From the NCBI RefSeq assembly GCF_001194135.2, contig NC_068999.1, positions 42,542,605-42,580,592 of the forward strand: a DNA stretch of 37,988 bases. Reading direction: 5' to 3'. Position 1 is the stretch's first letter. The number at the start of each line of letters is the position of its first letter. A program made the translations under genes and the position numbers. This document shows, piece after piece, positions 34,015-37,988 of the stretch. Under the pieces are notes generated by a model, which saw nothing but the letters and a program-made list of their open reading frames with translations, did not search any database and had not been told where the DNA came from. Origin of the DNA: Octopus bimaculoides (taxonomy: Eukaryota).

Positions 34015-34984
34015 NNNNNNNNNNNNNNNNNNNNNNNNNNNNNNNNNNNNNNNNNNNNNNNNNNNNNNNNNNNNNNNNNNNNNNNNNNNNNNNNNNNNNN
34101 NNNNNNNNNNNNNNNNNNNNNNNNNNNNNNNNNNNNNNNNNNNNNNNNNNNNNNNNNNNNNNNNNNNNNNNNNNNNNNNNNNNNNNNNNNNNNNNNNNNN
34201 NNNNNNNNNNNNNNNNNNNNNNNNNNNNNNNNNNNNNNNNNNNNNNNNNNNNNNNNNNNNNNNNNNNNNNNNNNNNNNNNNNNNNNNNNNNNNNNNNNNN
34301 NNNNNNNNNNNNNNNNNNNNNNNNNNNNNNNNNNNNNNNNNNNNNNNNNNNNNNNNNNNNNNNNNNNNNNNNNNNNNNNNNNNNNNNNNNNNNNNNNNNN
34401 NNNNNNNNNNNNNNNNNNNNNNNNNNNNNNNNNNNNNNNNNNNNNNNNNNNNNNNNNNNNNNNNNNNNNNNNNNNNNNNNNNNNNNNNNNNNNNNNNNNN
34501 NNNNNNNNNNNNNNNNNNNNNNNNNNNNNNNNNNNNNNNNNNNNNNNNNNNNNNNNNNNNNNNNNNNNNNNNNNNNNNNNNNNNNNNNNNNNNNNNNNNN
34601 NNNNNNNNNNNNNNNNNNNNNNNNNNNNNNNNNNNNTATATTTATATATATATACACACATAAGATATACATGTAATTACAGGATTTTAAACTAAATCTC
34701 ATAAATATGCAGTAAACCGTAAATGCAAAATTAACAATTAAACTTCTGTCTACGCTGTGAGCGTTGGATATTAGAATGACGTATGTGAAGTCATGCCTTG
34801 TTATGTCTCTGCCACACTCAGAACTATACACTACACATAAGATATTTATCGAATCGAATCGAATCACAACTATGCACTGTGTTGATTAAATATATTAAAA
34901 TTGATTAATTTATTTACTTTCGATGTTTAATCGAACATTGTAATAGTTTCGAGACCATAATTCATTGTTTGGAATAAATATGCA

Positions 34985-35400
34985 AATATCTACATATAAA
35001 TTTCTCAGGCTGTTTAGAAAGATATTAAATACCTACGGGCCTTTCGAGGCCTTTCCGGGCCTTTACACGGCAAGCTATTGTAGTATACGGTCCTTACTCA
35101 AGACGGGGTGGGTGGGATTTTGGAGAAGTGCAGTGATGTCCCCTTCGGGTGGGGGCATGGTATAACGCTCGATGTCAAAGTTTGGTGCTAGCCCCTCTAG
35201 AATCTCTCATATCTATATCCCCGATTATCTCTCCCGACTTCACTCCATGAGTAAAGTTGAAACTGTTTCAATCTCTTCCAGTAACTCCATTACTTCATTG
35301 ATGCACATTTCTTGTTGAAGCTTTGCTGATCTGTCATGAGTGTCGCTATTAATTTGACACTTTCAAGTGAATATAGTTGAGAGCAGCTGTCCAGATGACT
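34985..35400 (-). mobile_element. Old, disrupted fragment of the same CR1/L2-type LINE
   Basis: Minus frames give SHLDSCSQLYSLESVKLIATL...MK*WSYWKRLKQFQLYS, then ILEGLAPNFDIERYT and NSL.CKGP...VFNIFLNSLRNL, paralleling the 5741-6115 peptide; contains stops and frameshifts. Confidence 0.7.
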
Positions 35401-35849
35401 GTAATTCTTGGGGCCATGGGACATATAACACGCTGCCAACCTTGAGAAATTAGGCTTCTCAAAATCAAAAAAAGGAGAGAGCTAATTCGAAGACTGCAGT
35501 TCCAATCCCTTACTGGAATTGCAAAAAATCTGTAAAACTTACCAGAGGTTTATCATTTAAATATATAAAAGCATGCGTAGACATGCAACTATATGCATGA
35601 GAATATATACATCAAGCAAAACATACAAATCTGCACATATACGTACATACATACATACATACATACATACAAACATACATGCATACATAGAAAAATACAC
35701 TGTTGATGCTGTTGAAATTCCAATGAAGGAGCCTTGGATCTAGGTTAGAAACCGGCTCTATTGTCAAGAAATCTTGAAATATAACTTAACAACAACTTAC
35801 ATACAAATTTATCACCTTTTCTTTGTGATGACTTCCACACATTTTCTGT

Positions 35850-37055
35850 CAACACAGTACTACTCTCATTGTTATTGGCCAAAGGTGATCTCGGCCGGAT
35901 TTGAACTAAGAACGTAAGGAATAGGACAAACAAGTTAGATCAATTTTTGCAATTCTCCGACGAATCTATCAGCTTGCTGCCTCCTTGAAGCTAAACAATA
36001 GTAATGATACCAAAATTTGGCACAAGGCCTGCAGTTTGTGGAGGACGGAAAGGAAGGCGATTGCATCGACCCAATGGCTCAACTGGTACTTATATTGTCG
36101 ACCCTGAAACGATGAAAGACGATTTCGACCTCAGTGGAATTTGAACTCAGAACAAAACGACGGACGATATATCGGTTGACACAAGGCCAGTAGCTTCGGG
36201 GTACGAGGTAAATCGATCACAACGATGCCAGCGCTTGACTGGTACTTAATTTATCGACTCGGAAAGGATGAAAGGTAAAGTCAACCTCGGTGAAGTTTGA
36301 ACTCAGAATGGAAGAACGGCATAAGTACCGGTAAGAATAATACCCGGGGTGCTAACGATATTACCAGCTCACCTCCTGGACCTAAGCAATAATAACCCTT
36401 TCTACTAAAACACAAGGCCTCAAATTTTGGATGGGAGGGGACCAATCGATTACATCGACCCCGGTATGTGACTGCTACTTATTTCATTGACCCCGAAAGG
36501 ATGAAAGGCAAAGTCGACTTCGAAGGAATTTGAACTCAGAACGAAAAGACGGATGAAAATGCCACTGAACATTTTTCCCGGTGTGCTAACGATTCTGCTA
36601 ACTCGCCGCCTTAATAATAATAACCCTTCGTATTACAGGCAGAAGGCATGAAATTTGGGCGAGGGGAATAGTCAATTACATTGACTCCAATCCACAACTG
36701 GTACTTAATTTATCAATCTCAAAAGGATGAAAGGTAAAGTCGATCTCGGTGGAATTTGAACTCAGAACGTAATGGCAGGCGAAATACCGCGAACCATGTC
36801 GTCCAGCCTGCTAACAATTGTGCCAGCTCAACCCCTTGGCCTACACATTAATAATAACGGTTCGTAAGTGAGAGAAAAATGCTAGTAATTTTGACGGGAC
36901 GGTAGGTCGATACAATCGACTCTAGTATTTCGCTGATACCCCATATTATCCACCACGGAGGGAGGAAAATAAAGTTGACCTCTGTCGGATTGGAACTCAG
37001 AAATGAGATGAAGAAAGTAAAGCGCTTTTTCCAATGCTCTAAAAAATCTGGCAAC
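35850..37055 (-). mobile_element. Head-to-tail array of about six diverged SINE C copies
   Basis: The gatgaaagg.aaagtc.acctcgg...tttgaactcagaac block recurs near 35890, 36110, 36270, 36500, 36725 and 36975, all on the minus strand, mostly separated by short aataataa spacers. Confidence 0.85.
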
Positions 37056-37957
37056 TCACAGACTTCCTGAATATAAATAACAACATACATTATATAAATA
37101 CCCACCCACTAAGCAGCAGCGTAGTGTGTGGCTTTAACACAGGTAATTAGCTAACGTCTCATTGGATTAGTGTCTGATTGAAGTTTGGTCGTAATTATAA
37201 TAATTGTAAAAGGTTGTGGTTAACCAATTTGTTGCAGCAATAATGCAAGATGCTCTGCTGCAGCAATTACACACCGCCTTTGATGACTCATAGCGAGCAT
37301 CATAAAAATTATGTGTTGCATAATTGAATACAGGGAGGAGCAACTGATATGATGTGAAGTATATTCATCCTCGTTTATCACGGATGTTTGGTTCTGATTG
37401 TCGTTTTAAATGAATCAGATATAAATGAGAAATAGAAAACGTATGCAAAAAATAGGGTATTGTTCAGAGACACAAACTTATTCTAAATATTGTGGATGGT
37501 CTATTGGGCGTCCATTTGCGGTCCAAGCAGATTCTGACAGTGATTCCCAATCTGTGTTGTAGAGAGCAAATTAGATATTTGAACTAGCATAATGCAATAG
37601 TTTTCACTTGACGAGCCATTGTGGATAAGCATTCAATTGAACTCTGAAATCGAATGCCGTGCATTTAAAGAACCACAATGGGGAAACAAACGTAGGAATC
37701 GAAACATATAATTATGTTCATCATAATTTCTCTGATATACATTTGCTCTGCATATCATAAAAAATAATACTGCTGGGTAGAGTAGTAACTGTACCACTTT
37801 ACCGGAAGTAAATGATGTGTGGAGCTCTAAACTAACCAGTACAATTCATTATATATATACACACACACATGTATATGTATGTATATATACATGTATATAT
37901 ATGTGTATGTAAGTACATATGTATATATAAACTACATATATGTAAATATGTCAATAT

Positions 37958-37988
<31 letters not shown>

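Noticed and set aside
37468-37562. Possible terminal exon TQTYSKYCGWSIGRPFAVQADSDSDSQSVL* with a PDZ-ligand-like end
   Set aside because: Modest acceptor, short frame, no upstream gene or clear poly(A) signal to anchor it.

Overview
Eukaryotic, AT-rich, repeat-dominated window with nine N-gaps (9265-9274, 11902-12067, 16136-16639, 19605-19768, 24137-24368, 28056-28820, 29726-30224, 32019-32454, 34015-34636; about 3.4 kb). The tRNA-derived SINE families and the density of (AT)n/(AAT)n/(GAT)n microsatellites look like an octopod cephalopod (Octopus) draft assembly; this is inferred from recognition, not from a search. No host protein-coding gene can be called with confidence: almost all listed ORFs are microsatellite or gap artefacts, so the region is intergenic or intronic. 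Supported content: several tRNA-headed SINE families (informal labels A, B, C, D; more than 20 copies or fragments), two 3' fragments of a CR1/L2-type LINE, three different mariner remnants, a 34-bp minisatellite and unclassified repeats. The most interesting signals are hammerhead-ribozyme (HHR) motifs of the kind carried by Penelope-like elements. One has a complete core (8122-8169) with an inverted degenerate partner. The other family is the 3' module of a tRNA-headed SINE (31025-31306, second copy 18376-18520); both copies are mutated, but at complementary positions. Also notable: a 3' tail shared by the LINE and SINE family B, and a head-to-tail stack of about six family-C SINEs. Several candidate promoters and exons are reported at low confidence only.
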